From Eledone cirrhosa (taxonomy: Eukaryota): a stretch of DNA of 64,000 nucleotides. Shown one piece after another: positions 1 through 12,451 of this stretch. A program made the translations under genes and the position numbers. The stretch covers positions 168,764,001 through 168,828,000 of the forward strand of contig OZ024743.1 in NCBI GenBank assembly GCA_964016885.1. Direction: 5' to 3'. Position 1 is the first letter of the stretch. The number at the start of each line of letters is the position of its first letter. The notes under the pieces were generated by a model. It had not been told where the DNA came from and searched no databases. It worked only from the letters and a program-made list of their open reading frames with translations.

Positions 1-111
1 ATATTACTTTGCTAAGTTTCAGCCGGTATTGCCCCAGGCCCTATCTAACTTACTACCACAACCTGGCGAAGTTTTTTAGATCATAATTCACATCTCATAT
101 ACAATATATAT

Positions 112-227
112 AATATAGAAATGGCTTCTACAGGACTAGAATTGTTTCATTCAAGGAAATCATCAGGGAAGCTGAGGATTTCCTTTGAATGAAACAGTTC
201 TAGTCCTGTAGAAGCCATTTCTATATT
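112..227. mobile_element. Miniature fold-back (inverted pair of PLE-like 3' ends) with degenerate hammerhead cores on both arms
   Basis: 112-166 is the reverse complement of 172-227. The minus strand reads CTGATGA-tttccttgaat-GAAAC-aatt and the plus strand reads CTGAGGA...GAAAC. Flanked by (TA)n on the left and poly-C/(CA)n on the right. Confidence 0.6.
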
Positions 228-326
228 AAGTATGATATACACTACTATATATTGAGTTACCCCCCCCCCCCCGATTGAACCCGGGATACACACACACACA
301 CACGCGCACGAACACACACACACAAA

Positions 327-426
<100 letters not shown>

Positions 427-445
427 AATATAAATATATATATAT

Positions 446-974
446 AGTAATAAATGTGTAAACTAAAATCCGAAGAGGATAATATATATACATATATATA
501 TTAGGGCAAACATCACGAGCGCTATATCTCAAAATTATTTTTGAAAAGCATTAGAAATGCACAACCTAAAACTAAAACTGAAATGCGCAACTTAAAACTA
601 AAACTGAATATTAACCAATACTTATTACTAATTTATACTTATTCCTGATTAAACTATTTTTCCCTGGGAAAAATATGTCAGCATTTTCTTTTACTTTTAC
701 CAATATATATATATATATATAGATCAGAGCAAACAGCACGGACACTCTATCTCAAAATTATTTTTGAAAAGCATTTAGAAATGCGCAACCGGTAAAAACT
801 TAAAAACTTAAAACCACAACTGAATACTAACCCATACAATCACTAATACTCTTTTAATTAAACCATTTTTCAACTGTGAACAATTTGTCAGCATTTTCTA
901 TTCCGTTTACCAATATATATATATATATATAAAACTGTGGAGCAACTATTTATTAAAATAACAGTTTATTTAAT

Positions 975-975
<1 letters not shown>
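446..975. mobile_element. Nested PLE-like terminal fragments in (TA)n
   Basis: 446-480 plus 930-975 match the terminal family also seen at 6890, 26895, 36497 and 50385. Two ~190 bp copies at 500-703 and 721-913 match the reverse complement of 27725-27915. Confidence 0.55.
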
Positions 976-1018
<43 letters not shown>

Positions 1019-2076
1019 GAAAATAGAGAAATTAATGTAAGCAAAAACCCAACAATAATTCAGACATATAAGTGACTATAACATCAAGATGAAAAATATT
1101 TAACGTAAGTGAGGTTTTTTTACAAAATGAAAAATAACCGAGGTGTCCTACACGAGTGAAAGTATAAAGAAAAAAAGATGAAATCGAAAATGCAACTGGA
1201 GTCTTATTTAAAAAAAATATATATATATTTATTTGGTTCCTTTACCTGTTTCGCAGTTCTTCTGCCTTTCAAAAGTAGAGTTGAGATGGAGGGTCTGTGG
1301 TTTTTCTCACTTCTGGTTGGTCTTTGAATGTTACTTGTTTTATATGGAAAAAAGGGACTCGAAACGCCAGGTTTTTAGAGAAGTAATTTGATTGGTTTGT
1401 CAATAAGTATAATAAATTTCGCGCCAGTTCGCGTTACAAAGTTCTTCAAAAAAAGTGGGGGGTGGCTCAGGTTGTTTTTTCATATATGAGTGAAGTTTGG
1501 TTGATGCAGTCACGTGAATAAGCACACGAGCTTTCGCGTCAGTTTATTTGAATTTATTTTTACTTTAAAAAAGTGGCTCACTAGGGTTTTTTTTTAAATA
1601 AATGTAATTGATTGGTTATAAATGAAATTATGACTATCACGTGAACACGTTCATTAAATTTTGCGCCCGTATTTGGGAATTTATTTTGTAGCCTTTTAGA
1701 GAATTTTATGACAAACAAAAGATAATGGTCAAGAGAAATGGAATGGGAGAATTGTTCTGGTTCAGTGAATATGGCTGGTTCGCTGGGGTGTCTGAATTTA
1801 GACTTTCTATTGAAATAAAGAAAGTAGAGATATGTATGTTTATTTGTGTGCTTGTGTGTTTGTTTGTATAGGAAGATGATTCTATTAGTAGAAATGGTGG
1901 AGGGAGTTGTGTGTGTATGAGGGGGGTATGTTAAGATGGAGAGAATATATATATTTTATGTGTGTGTAGGAAAGTGATTCTATTAGTAGAAATGGGGGAG
2001 GGAGTTGTGTGTGGGGGGTGTCATGTGTGTGTGGGAGTATGGTTAGCATGTTAAGATGAAGAGAATATATATATAT

Positions 2077-2144
<68 letters not shown>

Positions 2145-2521
2145 TGCGTGTGTGTGTGTGTGTGTGTACGAAAATGATTCCGTTAGTAGAAATATTTTTG
2201 AATGAACATATTTTCCTTATTTATTCGTATTTGTTCTGTTGTATTGTCAGCGCAAACGTATGTTAAGGTTTATTTAGTGTTCGGGTTTTTATTTTCTAAA
2301 GTAGAAGGTGTTATGTTTGTGTGTGTATGTGTCTGTTTGGATGGCTAGCATGTTATGGTGTTGACAGAATGTATATTAAACCATATCTAATGCTGGTCTA
2401 TATTTTTGAATGAACATATTTTCCTTATTTATTCGTATTTGTCCTGTTGTATTGTCAGCGCAAAGGTAAAATGGGAAGACTTGGAATTTGGGTGTCTTAT
2501 TACTTGCGCATATGTCTAGAT

Positions 2522-2787
2522 CAACATAGGTTACCTTGGTCTTCCGCTTCCAGTGTGTCCATGTAGGGGCTCCCACAGGTGCACTGAGTGCAATGTCAAC
2601 TCTGGATGTCGGTGAGCATGTCCAGCTAACCGCATTCTCCTCTGTGTCACTTTTGAGCTGACTTTTGATGCCCTAAGGACAGACACTGTTCTGCTGGAGA
2701 CGCAGGACATGGCAGCGATAATGAGGGACAGAGACCGCTGGAGAGAACTCGTCCATGGATCTCGTGAATTTTACCCGCCCTAGATAG
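2522..2787 (+). mobile_element. RTE-clade LINE 3' fragment with inverted 5' part and 12-bp TSD
   Basis: TSD atatgtctagat at 2510-2521 and 2788-2799. 2522-2667 on minus encodes RRMRLAGHAHRHPEL..LWEPLHG..GRP. 2668-2787 on plus encodes ALRTDT.LLETQDMAAIMRDRDRWRELV, followed by a (taga) tail. Confidence 0.85.
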
Positions 2788-2910
2788 ATATGTCTAGATG
2801 TGCACTTAGTGGTATTTGTCTCGTGGTTGGATCTCGTAATTGTTGGCGATGAACTGTCATTCTGTTTCTGAGTGTGAATTTAGTTTGTCCTATATAATCT
2901 TCATTGCATC

Positions 2911-5634
2911 TTTAGCAGTATTGGTTATAGAGTAGTCGCCACTTTAACAGGGTAGATGATTGAAGGTCGTTAGTTGCCAGTGTGGTAAGTGATAGTATCC
3001 TCGTTGGATTATCTTGTTGACATAGACGTGAGGGAAGGTCCCTCGATCTATTTACCATCTATTTACCATATTCCTTTCGTCAGGTCGCCAATTCCAGCAG
3101 CATGGATTATAGATGTTATTGAGACACGAGTAATATAATAATGATTTCAACAGCAGTAATTAGAGATGAAATGTTTGTTTATTTTTGATGTAGTACAAAC
3201 AATGTTTGTTAACTTATATGGTTGAAGTTACAGATAAAAAGAGGTTACAAAAGGGAATGTGCCATTGCGCCGTTAAGCCGGCGAGGCTAGGGTGCAAATC
3301 TCACCGTTACATTATGCGTGTTGCTGGCTTGAAGTTTCCGGTACAAGAGAGAGATTCTTCAAATCTTCGCGGGGAATTTCTTCCTCAGGGCGCGTAGGGA
3401 TACATCCTCTTCTACTGGCGCTGATTGGCTGAACAGAGCCAAATCATGCACAGAGAATGTATGTGAGCCCGCGGAATGTAGGTCACTACATCACCTCCAA
3501 CCAGATTTTCAGCCGAAAATCGATAACGAAGAAACCAAGGACCCACATGTTATTGAATCAGCAAGAACAAATGCTGAAAGAGCACCTCAGCGAAAAAATA
3601 ATTGAGCAGAAAGATTCATGCAAGAACAAGAACAAAAATTAGGCGCGACGGGCCGCGTTGAGCCGCTGTCAAATGACTAGCTGTTTTGTAGTTTAAACGA
3701 GACCCTCAAGGGCCTACCAGAAAACAGATAAAGTCTGACATGGGCGAAGTTGCCGTTCTTGCATTAAATGTTAATGGTAAGCGTTGTACCAGTAGCTGTG
3801 AACGAAGCTATTATGGTAGTTTACCAGTGCTGGCGAGAAAATGATGACCCCCAGATGTATTGTCGAATGTGCTGTGGAGCCAGGAAAAAATGGCTGGTTG
3901 CTTTGTAAAGAAAAAAAGGCAAATTTAATCTGTAGGTGGGTTGCAGTGTAAATTCCATAATTCGGGCGAATCCACAGAAGTGACTGAAATATTGACAAGT
4001 CCAGTTCAATTTGTTGCTTTCCCAGCGAGTCGGGCAAAAACAACAAGACGGATGGCCGTCATGGACGATCAGTGTACAACGAGATGCGAAGCTGTTTGAG
4101 TTCAGCTGCAATTAGTATTCTCGTGTTGCGGTGCCTGTTTGAATCCAGTGGATTAAGCTCTGTGAGCTGCTAGCATGTGACAGCATCTCAACCAGGTGAA
4201 AAGGGACTCGCAGAATATTACGTTTGAAGAACATATACCAAGAACAACATGTTGGTGTGTAATAAAAAAAATGTGTGCATATGCAGGCATGTAAAACAGC
4301 AAAAAATGTGAATGAACAAAAACCATGAGCAAACAAATAGCAAAAGAGCACAAAACAAGTAAATGCATTCTACAAAGAAATATGTGAATGTAACAAACTG
4401 ATAATTCAAAGTCAATCTAGGGGAGCAGAGAAATTGCTCAATAAGTTCAAAGTTTTTCAAAGTCAAATAGTTCACACATCACCAGTGTACAGACACTAGT
4501 TCTATCTGAAAACTGAAAATGAAGTTTGCTAATGCCGTTAGGGGTTAGATGTATGGTGTTTTTGTGAGATTTCGTGGCCATCTTGTGTGGCATAAGGTTG
4601 TGTTGCTTATTGTTAAAGCAAAGTCAAAGAATCTTCTGTAGAGTAGCGGTCACCAAATATGGCAGCCACGTCTGACGCCATAATGGTGCGAAAACTACTG
4701 TCTCAAATTCTCGCGTCCCTGTGGTAACGAGACATAAGGTATGGTGGTTGCGTCGGTAAAGTTACAAGCCGTTTTGAAATTTCCGATGTGTGGTGGTTTG
4801 CGTCGGTAAGGCTATGAAGCTGCCACTCACTGTTCCCTGTATTGGTCAGTGGTTAAACAACGCTGTCGCTGCTGCTGTCGTTGTTGTTGTCAAGTGTAGC
4901 AAAAAGTTTTTGAAATACTGCTAATTTTTCAAAAAAAACTTTGAAAGGAATATATTGTATCTTCGCAAATTGCGAAAAAGGCCGGCAACGTGGCAATAAA
5001 AGTTCAACTGAATGAAAAAGAAGGGCTGCGTTAAATTCTTACGTCGGTCACCACTTTAGCAGTATTGGTTATAGAGTAGTCGCCACTTTAACAGGGTAGA
5101 TGATTGAAGGTCGTTAGTTGCCAGTGTGGTAAGTGATAGTATCCTCGTTGGATTATCTTGTTGACATAGACGTGAGGGAAGGTCCCTCGATCTATTTACC
5201 ATCTATTTACCATATTCCTTTCGTCAGGTCGCCAATTCCAGCAGCATGGATTATAGATGTTATTGAGACACGAGTAACATAATAATGATTTCAACAGCAG
5301 TAATTAGAGATGAAATGTTTGTTTATTTTTGATGTAGTACAAACAATGTTTGTTAACTTATATGGTTGAAGTTACAGATAAAAAGAGGTTACAAAAGGGA
5401 ATGTGCCATTGCGCCGTTAAGCCGGCAAGGCTAGGGTGCAAATCTCACCGTTACATTATGCGTGTTGCTGGCTTGAAGTTTCCGGTACAAGAGAGAGATT
5501 CTTCAAATCTTCGCGGGGAATTTCTTCCTCAGGGCGCGTAGGGATACATCCTCTTCTACTGGCGCTGATTGGCTGAACTGAGCCAAATCACGCACAGAGA
5601 ATGTATGTGAGCCCGCGGAATGTAGGTCACTACA
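2911..5634 (-). mobile_element. Non-autonomous LTR retroelement (Gypsy-like ends, 580-bp LTRs)
   Basis: Direct repeats 2911-3490 and 5055-5634 with about 4 mismatches seen by eye. On minus the ends are TGTAG...CTAAA. 4-bp TSD catc at 2907-2910 and 5635-5638. PBS-like TGGTGACCGACGT at 5041-5053 and a purine-rich tract before the 3' LTR. No recognisable gag/pol. Confidence 0.9.
5041..5053 (-). promoter_or_regulatory. Primer-binding site resembling the tRNA-Trp 3' end
   Basis: TGGTGACC--GACGT directly after the 5' LTR; the canonical Trp PBS is TGGTGACCCCGACGT. Confidence 0.7.
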
Positions 5635-6210
5635 CATCCTTTACATTTAATGGCATAAATCAGACTTTTTGATGAGCAAGTGAAGTGATTCTTTACCGCA
5701 AAACTTTGTCCTGATTGAAATGTATACGTGTTGCCTTCAATGAGGTGAGTGCAGGTTCCACAATTAGAGCGGCCACATTTTTTGACAGTTGGTTGTGGGT
5801 TTGTGGTAGGTAATTTGGCATTGGTGAGTAATGTTTTAAGTGGTTTCGGTTGTCTTTTGCTTTTGATTATTTTGTGTGTTTCAAGGGCTTTTTTCATTCT
5901 TGGGTCTTGTTTCAATAGTGGGATGTTCTTGTGAATAGTGTTGTAAGCTTCCGCATTTCTTGGGTTGTGTGTTGAGATATATGATAGAATATTGGACGTA
6001 CATTGAATTTGTTTCTGTTTTCGTAATTCATCAATGCCTATTGTTTTAGCCCTTTCTATTCCATTATTTATTAGTAATGGTGGGTACTGTCTTTCGAGTA
6101 GAATTTCCTTTAATTATTGAAGTCTTTTATTTCGCGTTTCACAATTGTGCACATTCTTCTTGCTAGGTTAAAAGGAATGTTCGTCTTAGCGTGCTTTGGG
6201 TGGTTGGTGG

Positions 6211-6263
<53 letters not shown>

Positions 6264-6424
6264 GATAACTAGTTATCGTTATAGGTAATCCAGTTAGAGG
6301 TTATGAGTACTGCGCGTCGTGGATGGATAGTTATAACGTACGGCTTTGTTTGACTCAACAAGATGTTTCCATAGTTATGCAACGAGATCGCGGTAATTTT
6401 TATGCAGGTTATACTTGGAGCAAT

Positions 6425-6603
6425 AATTGTTTCTACTTTTGGCATAAGGCCAGCAATTATGCCAGTGTATTACTGGTACTTTATTTTGTCGACCCTGTAA
6501 GGATGAAAGGCAAAGTTAACCTTGGCAGGATTTGAACTCAGATCATAAGGGAGGTAACTCTATGCTTCAAAGCATGGCGTCCGACCCTCTACCGATACTG
6601 CCA
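6425..6603 (-). mobile_element. tRNA-derived SINE (main family)
   Basis: Reverse complement has A-box-like TGGCAGTATCGG, B-box GAGTTCAAATCC and an (AAT) tail; matches copies at 47265, 49204, 51889, 59183 and 59710. Confidence 0.9.
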
Positions 6604-6644
6604 AGAGTAACATGGTTGGCTGTACAATAAGGGCTTTATTTAAA

Positions 6645-6755
6645 GTACTGACAATTGTTTCGTTGATCAGGTGTGTCTAGAATTCGCTAATCGCTTGAGG
6701 TTGCGTCAATCGATCTTCAATACATTGTTTACCTCTGGTCAACACATCAGAGTAC
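6645..6755 (-). ncRNA. Hammerhead-like motif (degenerate core, long stem II)
   Basis: gtact-CTGATGT-gttgaccag...ctgatcaac-GAAAC-aatt-GTC-agtac. Stem I gtact/agtac; palindromic stem III ACAATTGT. Confidence 0.6.
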
Positions 6756-6889
6756 GTAGATATCTACGTACTCTGCGATTAGCGAACTCTAGACACACCT
6801 GACCAACGAAACAATTGTCAGTACTTTAAATAAAGCCCGTATTGTACAGTCAACCATGTTACTCTTCTTTCTTTAATATATATATATAT

Positions 6890-7090
6890 AGTAATAATAA
6901 TAAATGTGAAGACTAAAATCCGAAGAGGGCACGACAGGGATAATATATATATAAAAATATATTTTAAAAACCATAGAGCAAATATTTATTAAAATAACAG
7001 ATTAAAGTTTAAGCAAAGAATCGCTGCTTTCACTCTTAATGGGATCTTCTGAGTGAAAGCAGTATTCTTTACTTAAACTTTAATAAATAT
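6890..7090. mobile_element. PLE-like terminal family copy with fold-back
   Basis: 6983-7035 is inverted with 7051-7090; the tail 6890-6982 is shared with 446, 26895, 36497 and 50385. Confidence 0.6.
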
Positions 7091-7782
7091 ATGTATATAC
7101 ACACAAATATATATCTATCATACACACACACAGACTCACATATACATATATATGTATATAATTCTGACTCATGTTATAGAAAATAATATTGGCAGCTGAC
7201 ATGAGCATGCGATTAGCAAGTTTCAATCTTAGCGTGGTTACTGATGTGATGCAACTACGTGGTACGTTTGGTAAGTGTTTTCTACCATAGCTTTGAGTCG
7301 ACTGAAACCTTGTGATGGAGTGTGTCTTTCCTTGTGTGGTAAACATAATTCGTCCGCTCTGTTGCAAACATTCGGACTGAGTATAACACATAAGACATGA
7401 TTTCTTCATGTTTCGGAAGCCCTACAAGTCCTCTAAATAAAATATTAAAATATACATTTTTGAGCCGATTTAACCATACATAAAATGTTTAGAATTTTAA
7501 TATTTATTTTTATTTTCTCTTTCTCAATAATCTCCTTGGCAGATACGATGTCTCAACTCTATTGTTGCCAAAACACCCCTATCTCATCAGGTATGTCGAG
7601 AGCTTAATAATTGGTCTGATCATGAAGTAGGGATCTTCATTAGATTTTGCTCTGAATTTCTCTGTTTTATAACCATTCTATTGTATATCGTTCAACACCA
7701 ACACATCATCTTGTCAAAATTTCATATTTTATAAAATATGATTTTGTTTGATATATTGGCTTATTATTAGTATGCATTGTTG

Positions 7783-7827
<45 letters not shown>

Positions 7828-7828
<1 letters not shown>

Positions 7829-9646
7829 AGTTGCATTTATCTTGCTTTATGTTCATACGAGTTATCACCAAGTCACAACCAGTGACCTCAAGAGACAACA
7901 AGGTCCGCCGTGTTCAAGAAAGAACATACATACTCACACATGCATCTTTAGTGTTTAGACTTGTGATGTACTTATATTGACAGAATCTTCCTTAGTATAT
8001 GGGCAGTTCCTATTAGTACTATCTTTTGTATTTCTCCTATACGCGGGTTTCCTGGGATTTGCGATAAGTAATCATTAGACCCCTTAGGTATCATTCCCAG
8101 AGCGCCTACAACCACTGGTATTCTTTTAGTTCTCAATTTCCACATTTTTCCAATTTCTCTCTCCAGGTCCTTATACTTGCTCAATTTTTCAAATGTTTTT
8201 ATAGATACATTCTTGTCTATTGGAACTGACATATCAATTAGCAGGCATACCCTCTTTTTAAAGTCCTTCAATATTATATCAGGTCTATTTGCATCTATTT
8301 TTCGGTCTGTTTGAATGTTAAAGTTCCACAAGATTGAGATGTGATCTTTTTCAAGTATGGGAGGTGGTTGATGCTCCCACCAATTCTTTTGATGGGGCAG
8401 GTCAAAATGCTTACACATTATCCAATGTATATATTGTGCAGCTCTGTCATGCCTGTTTAGGTATTCGGTTGGAGCTGTACGACTGCACGTTGAAATTATA
8501 TGGTCAATGGTCTCTGGTTGTTTTTTGCATACACGGCATAATGGGCTGCATCCATTTTTTATTATGTTGGCTTGGTAATTTTTTGTTGGCAGACACTGAT
8601 CTTGTGCTGATATAATCAGTCCTTCAGTCTCCGATTTCAGTCCAGAGGATGCCAACCACTGATGGGTTAAAGTTTTGTCAACATCAGGATTGTTAGCTCG
8701 CTCTGGGTATTTTCCATACAGAGGCTTTTCTTGCCATTTCTTAGCCAGTTTGTGTAGCAGTTCTTTCTTTGCAGTTACTTTTACCTGCTTTGCTTTTTCT
8801 GTGTTTTCCATTTCAGCAGTAAATGGGACTTCTGAAATTTGTAGTCCATTACTGTATCTTTGTGCATCTTTTGTAATGGAATATGATCTTTTGATGCTTT
8901 CGTGTTTCAAAACGAGTTTGATCATCCAATCATATGATTCCCTTAGATATGTAGATAATCCAATTGTTGCAGTTTTCAACGCAATGTCTAACTGGATTAA
9001 CCCACGTCCTCCTTCTTTCCTAGGGAGATATATTCTATCTATATCTGCCTTAGGGTGATGCATTCTGTGCATGGTTAAGAATTTTCTAATTTTTGTATCG
9101 AGCCTACGGATCTCTGTGCTTGACCAGTTGATGACATTGTAACTGTAGGTTACTACTGGTATGGCAAGCGTGTTTATGGCATCGATCCTATTCCTTGCAT
9201 TCAATTCCGTTCTTAAGATTGCTCTTACTCTGCGGTAACATTCCTTCCTTATCCTTTCCCTCATTGTCGAGTGCTTGATTCCGTCTCCTTCACAAACACC
9301 TAGATATTTGTAAGTTTTTTCTTGATCAAGTTCTCTTATCACGATCCCCGATCAAGATTAATTTCTGAACTCTTCAGTAGCTTTCCTCTGGTGAACGTTG
9401 CTTTGGCGCATTTATCTAGTCCAAACCCCATTTTAATGTCATCACTGAACTGCTCCACAGTGGATAATAGCCGTTGCAATTGTTCATCATTTTTTGCAAA
9501 TAGTTTCAGGTCATCCATGTAGAACAGGTGATTAATGGTTTTGTCATAGACTTTATATCCATGTTTTGTTTCATTGAGCATTTTACTTAATGGCATAAGT
9601 GCGATGCAGAATAAAAGCGGTGATAAAGAGTCACCCTGAAAAATTC
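7828..9646 (-). mobile_element. R4/Dong-type non-LTR retrotransposon, 5'-truncated (RT, CCHC knuckle, restriction-like endonuclease)
   Basis: ORFs 9339-9596 (HLFYMDDLKLFA) and 7972-9342 (CRVC..PETIDHIISTC; RPDIIL...LIDMSVP...EKLSKY). Flanked by (TTA)n on both sides. Confidence 0.92.
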
Positions 9647-9647
9647 A

Positions 9648-9715
<68 letters not shown>

Positions 9716-9724
9716 TATTATTAT

Positions 9725-11760
9725 AGTTGCATTTATCTTGCTTTATGTTCATACGAGTTATCACCAAGTCACAACCAGTGACCTCAAGAGACAAGGTCCG
9801 CCATGTTCAAGAAAGAACATAAATACACACACATGCATCTTTAGGTGTTTAGACTTCTGATGTACTTATATTGACAGAATCTTCCTTAGTATATGGGCAG
9901 TTCCCATTAGTAATATCTTTTGTATTTCTCCTATACGCGGGTTTCCTGGCATTTACGATAAGTAATCATTAGACCCCTTAAGTATCATTGCTAGAGCGCC
10001 TACAACCACTGGTATTCTTTTAGTTCTCAATTTCCACATTTTTCCAATTTCTATCTCCAGGTCCTTATACTTGCTCAATTTTTCAAATGTTTTTTATAGA
10101 TACATTCTTGTCTATTGGAACGGACATATCAATTAGCAGTCATACCCTCTTTTTAAAGTCCTTCAGTATTATATCAGGTCTATTTGCATCTACTTTTCGG
10201 TCTGTTTGGATGCTAAAGTTCCACAAGATTGAGATGTGATCTTTTCAAGTATGGGAGGTGGTTGATGCTCCCACCAATTCTTTTGATGGGGCAGGTCAAA
10301 ATGCTTACACATTATCCAATGTATGTATTGTGCAGCTCTGTCATGCCTGTTTAGGTATTCGGTTGGAGCTATAGGACTGCACATTGAAATTATATGATCA
10401 ATGGTCTCTTGTTGTTTTTAACATACACGGCATAATGGGTTGCATCCATTTTTTTATTATGTTGGCTTGGTAATATTTTGTGCATCTTTTGTAATGGAGT
10501 ATGATCTTTTGATGCTTTCGTGTTTCAAAACGAGTTTGATCATCCAATCATATGATTCCCTTAGATATGTAGATAATCCAATTGTTGCAGTTTTCAACGC
10601 AATGTCTAACTGGATTAACCCACGTCCTCCTTCTTTCCTAGGGAGATATATTCTATCTATATCTGCCTTAGGGTGATGCATTCTGTGCATGGTTAAGAAT
10701 TTTCTAATTTTTGTATCGAGCCTACGGATCTCTGTGCTTGACCAGTTGATGACATTGTAACTGTAGGTTACTACTGGTATGGCAAGCGTGTTTATGGCAT
10801 CGATCCTATTCCTTGCATTCAATTCCGTTCTTAAGATTGCTCTTACTCTGCGGTAACATTCCTTCCTTATCCTTTCCCTCATTGTCGAGTGCTTGATTCC
10901 GTCTCCTTCACAAACACCTATATATTTGTAAGTTTCCTCTTGATCAAGTTCTCTTATCACATTCCCCCAATCAAGATTAATGTCTGAACTCTTCAGCAGC
11001 TTTCCTCTGGTGAACGTTGCTTTGGCGCATTTATCTAGTCCAAACTCCATTTTAATGTCATCACTGAACTGCTCCACAGTGGATAATAGCCGTTGCAATT
11101 GTTCATCATTTTTTGCAAATAGTTTCAGGTCATCCATGTAGAACAAGTGATTAATGATTTTGTCATAGACTTTATATCCATGTTTTGTTTCATTGAGCAT
11201 TTTACTTAATGGTATAAGTGCGATGCAGAATAAAAGCGGTGATAAAGAGTCACCCTGAAAAGTTCCACAATTAACATTATCTTCTCCAGCTTCCAGTGAC
11301 TTTTTTTTCACTATTCAAAAGGAGTGTTGTTTTCCATGTCTTCATACTGAATAACAGGAACCTCCTGACAACGGGTGATATTTTGAAAATCTCTAAGCAT
11401 TTTTCAATCCAACTGTGTGGCAAACTATCGAATGCTTTTTTATAATCTATCCCAGCAATTGATAGATTTTTGTGTCTATTATGACAATCTTCCAGTATCA
11501 TTTTGTTAACCAAAAGCTTATCCTTACAACCATATGAGCCTCGTTTACACCCTTTCTACTCATTGGTAAATAGATCATTACTTATCAGGTGGCCATGTGT
11601 ATATTCAGTTAGGACTGATGTTAACATTTTATACATTGTGGTCAAGCAAATTATCGGTCTGTAATTTTTGGGATTGTTTGTCTCATCATTCTTCGGAAGC
11701 AGGAATGTAATGCCGTTAACTGGCCATGATGGTATCTTTTCTGGCTCCTTAACTATTTCA
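9725..11760 (-). mobile_element. Second copy of the R4/Dong-type LINE, longer 5', with internal deletion
   Basis: PKNYRPI.CL..MYK, IDYKKAFDS, FQGDSLSPLLF, YMDDLKL. A ~280 bp deletion at ~10475 relative to copy 1. (TTA)n flanks. Confidence 0.92.
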
Positions 11761-11778
11761 TTATTATTATTATTATTA

Positions 11779-12209
11779 CAGTTGCATTTATCTTGCTTTA
11801 TGTTCATACGAGTTATCACCAAGTCACAACCAGTGACCTCAAGAGACAACAAGGTCCGCCATGTATAGACTTGTGATGTACTTATACTGACAGAATCTTC
11901 CTTAGTATATGGGCAGTTCCCATTAGTACTATCTTTTGTATTTCGCGGGTTTCCTGGGATTTGCGATAAGTAATCATTAGACCCCTTAGGTATCATTCCT
12001 AAATCGCCTACAACCACTGGTATTGTTTTAGTTCTCAATTTCCACATTTTTCCAATTTCTATCTCCAGGTCCTTACACTTGCTCAATTTGTCAAATGTTT
12101 TTATGGATACATTCTTGTCTATTGGAACAGACATATCAATTAGCAGGCATACCCTCTTTTTAAAGTCCTTCAATATTATATCAGGTCTATTTGCATCTAT
12201 TTTTCGGTC

Positions 12210-12251
<42 letters not shown>

Positions 12252-12403
12252 AGTTGCATTTATCTTGCTTTATGTTCATACGAGTTATCACCAAGTCACA
12301 ACCAGTGACCTCAAGAGACAAGGTCCGCCATGTTCAAGGAAGAACATACATACTCACACATGCATCTTTAGTGTTTAGACTTGTGATGTACTTATATTGA
12401 CAG
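11779..12403 (-). mobile_element. Two further short 3' copies of the R4/Dong-type LINE (11779-12211, 12251-12403)
   Basis: Same 3' UTR (cagttgcatttatcttgc...) each time, separated by (TTA)n. Confidence 0.88.

Positions 12404-12451
<48 letters not shown>

Larger units (their letters stand above)
1080..6213 (-). mobile_element. 5'-truncated Penelope-like retroelement (Neptune-like), interrupted by an RTE fragment and an LTR element
   Basis: The minus strand gives RT C-terminus NHPKHAKTNIPFNLARRMCTIV, Cys linker KCGRSNCGTC, and GIY-YIG LIYAIKCKGC|NEDYIGQTKFTLRNRMTVHRQQ...HLDI|CASNKTPKFQVFPF...KENMFIQKYRPALDMV* once the two insertions are removed. The long 3' UTR has a degenerate hammerhead-like motif at ~1240-1275. 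Confidence 0.85.
6262..6866. mobile_element. PLE-end fold-back with tail (left), interrupted by a SINE
   Basis: 6603-6694 is inverted with 6775-6866. A perfect 28-bp palindrome lies at 6748-6775. Tail-like 6262-6420. (TA)n on both sides. Confidence 0.7.

Noticed and set aside
3206-3397. Identical 63-aa ORF at 3206 and 5350
   Set aside because: Lies within the two LTRs; identity reflects LTR duplication, and there is no recognisable domain.
7500-7740. Minus-strand CTGATGA and a DPYFMIRPII peptide reminiscent of piggyBac transposase
   Set aside because: No intact GAAA partner and no further transposase motifs; too weak for either call.
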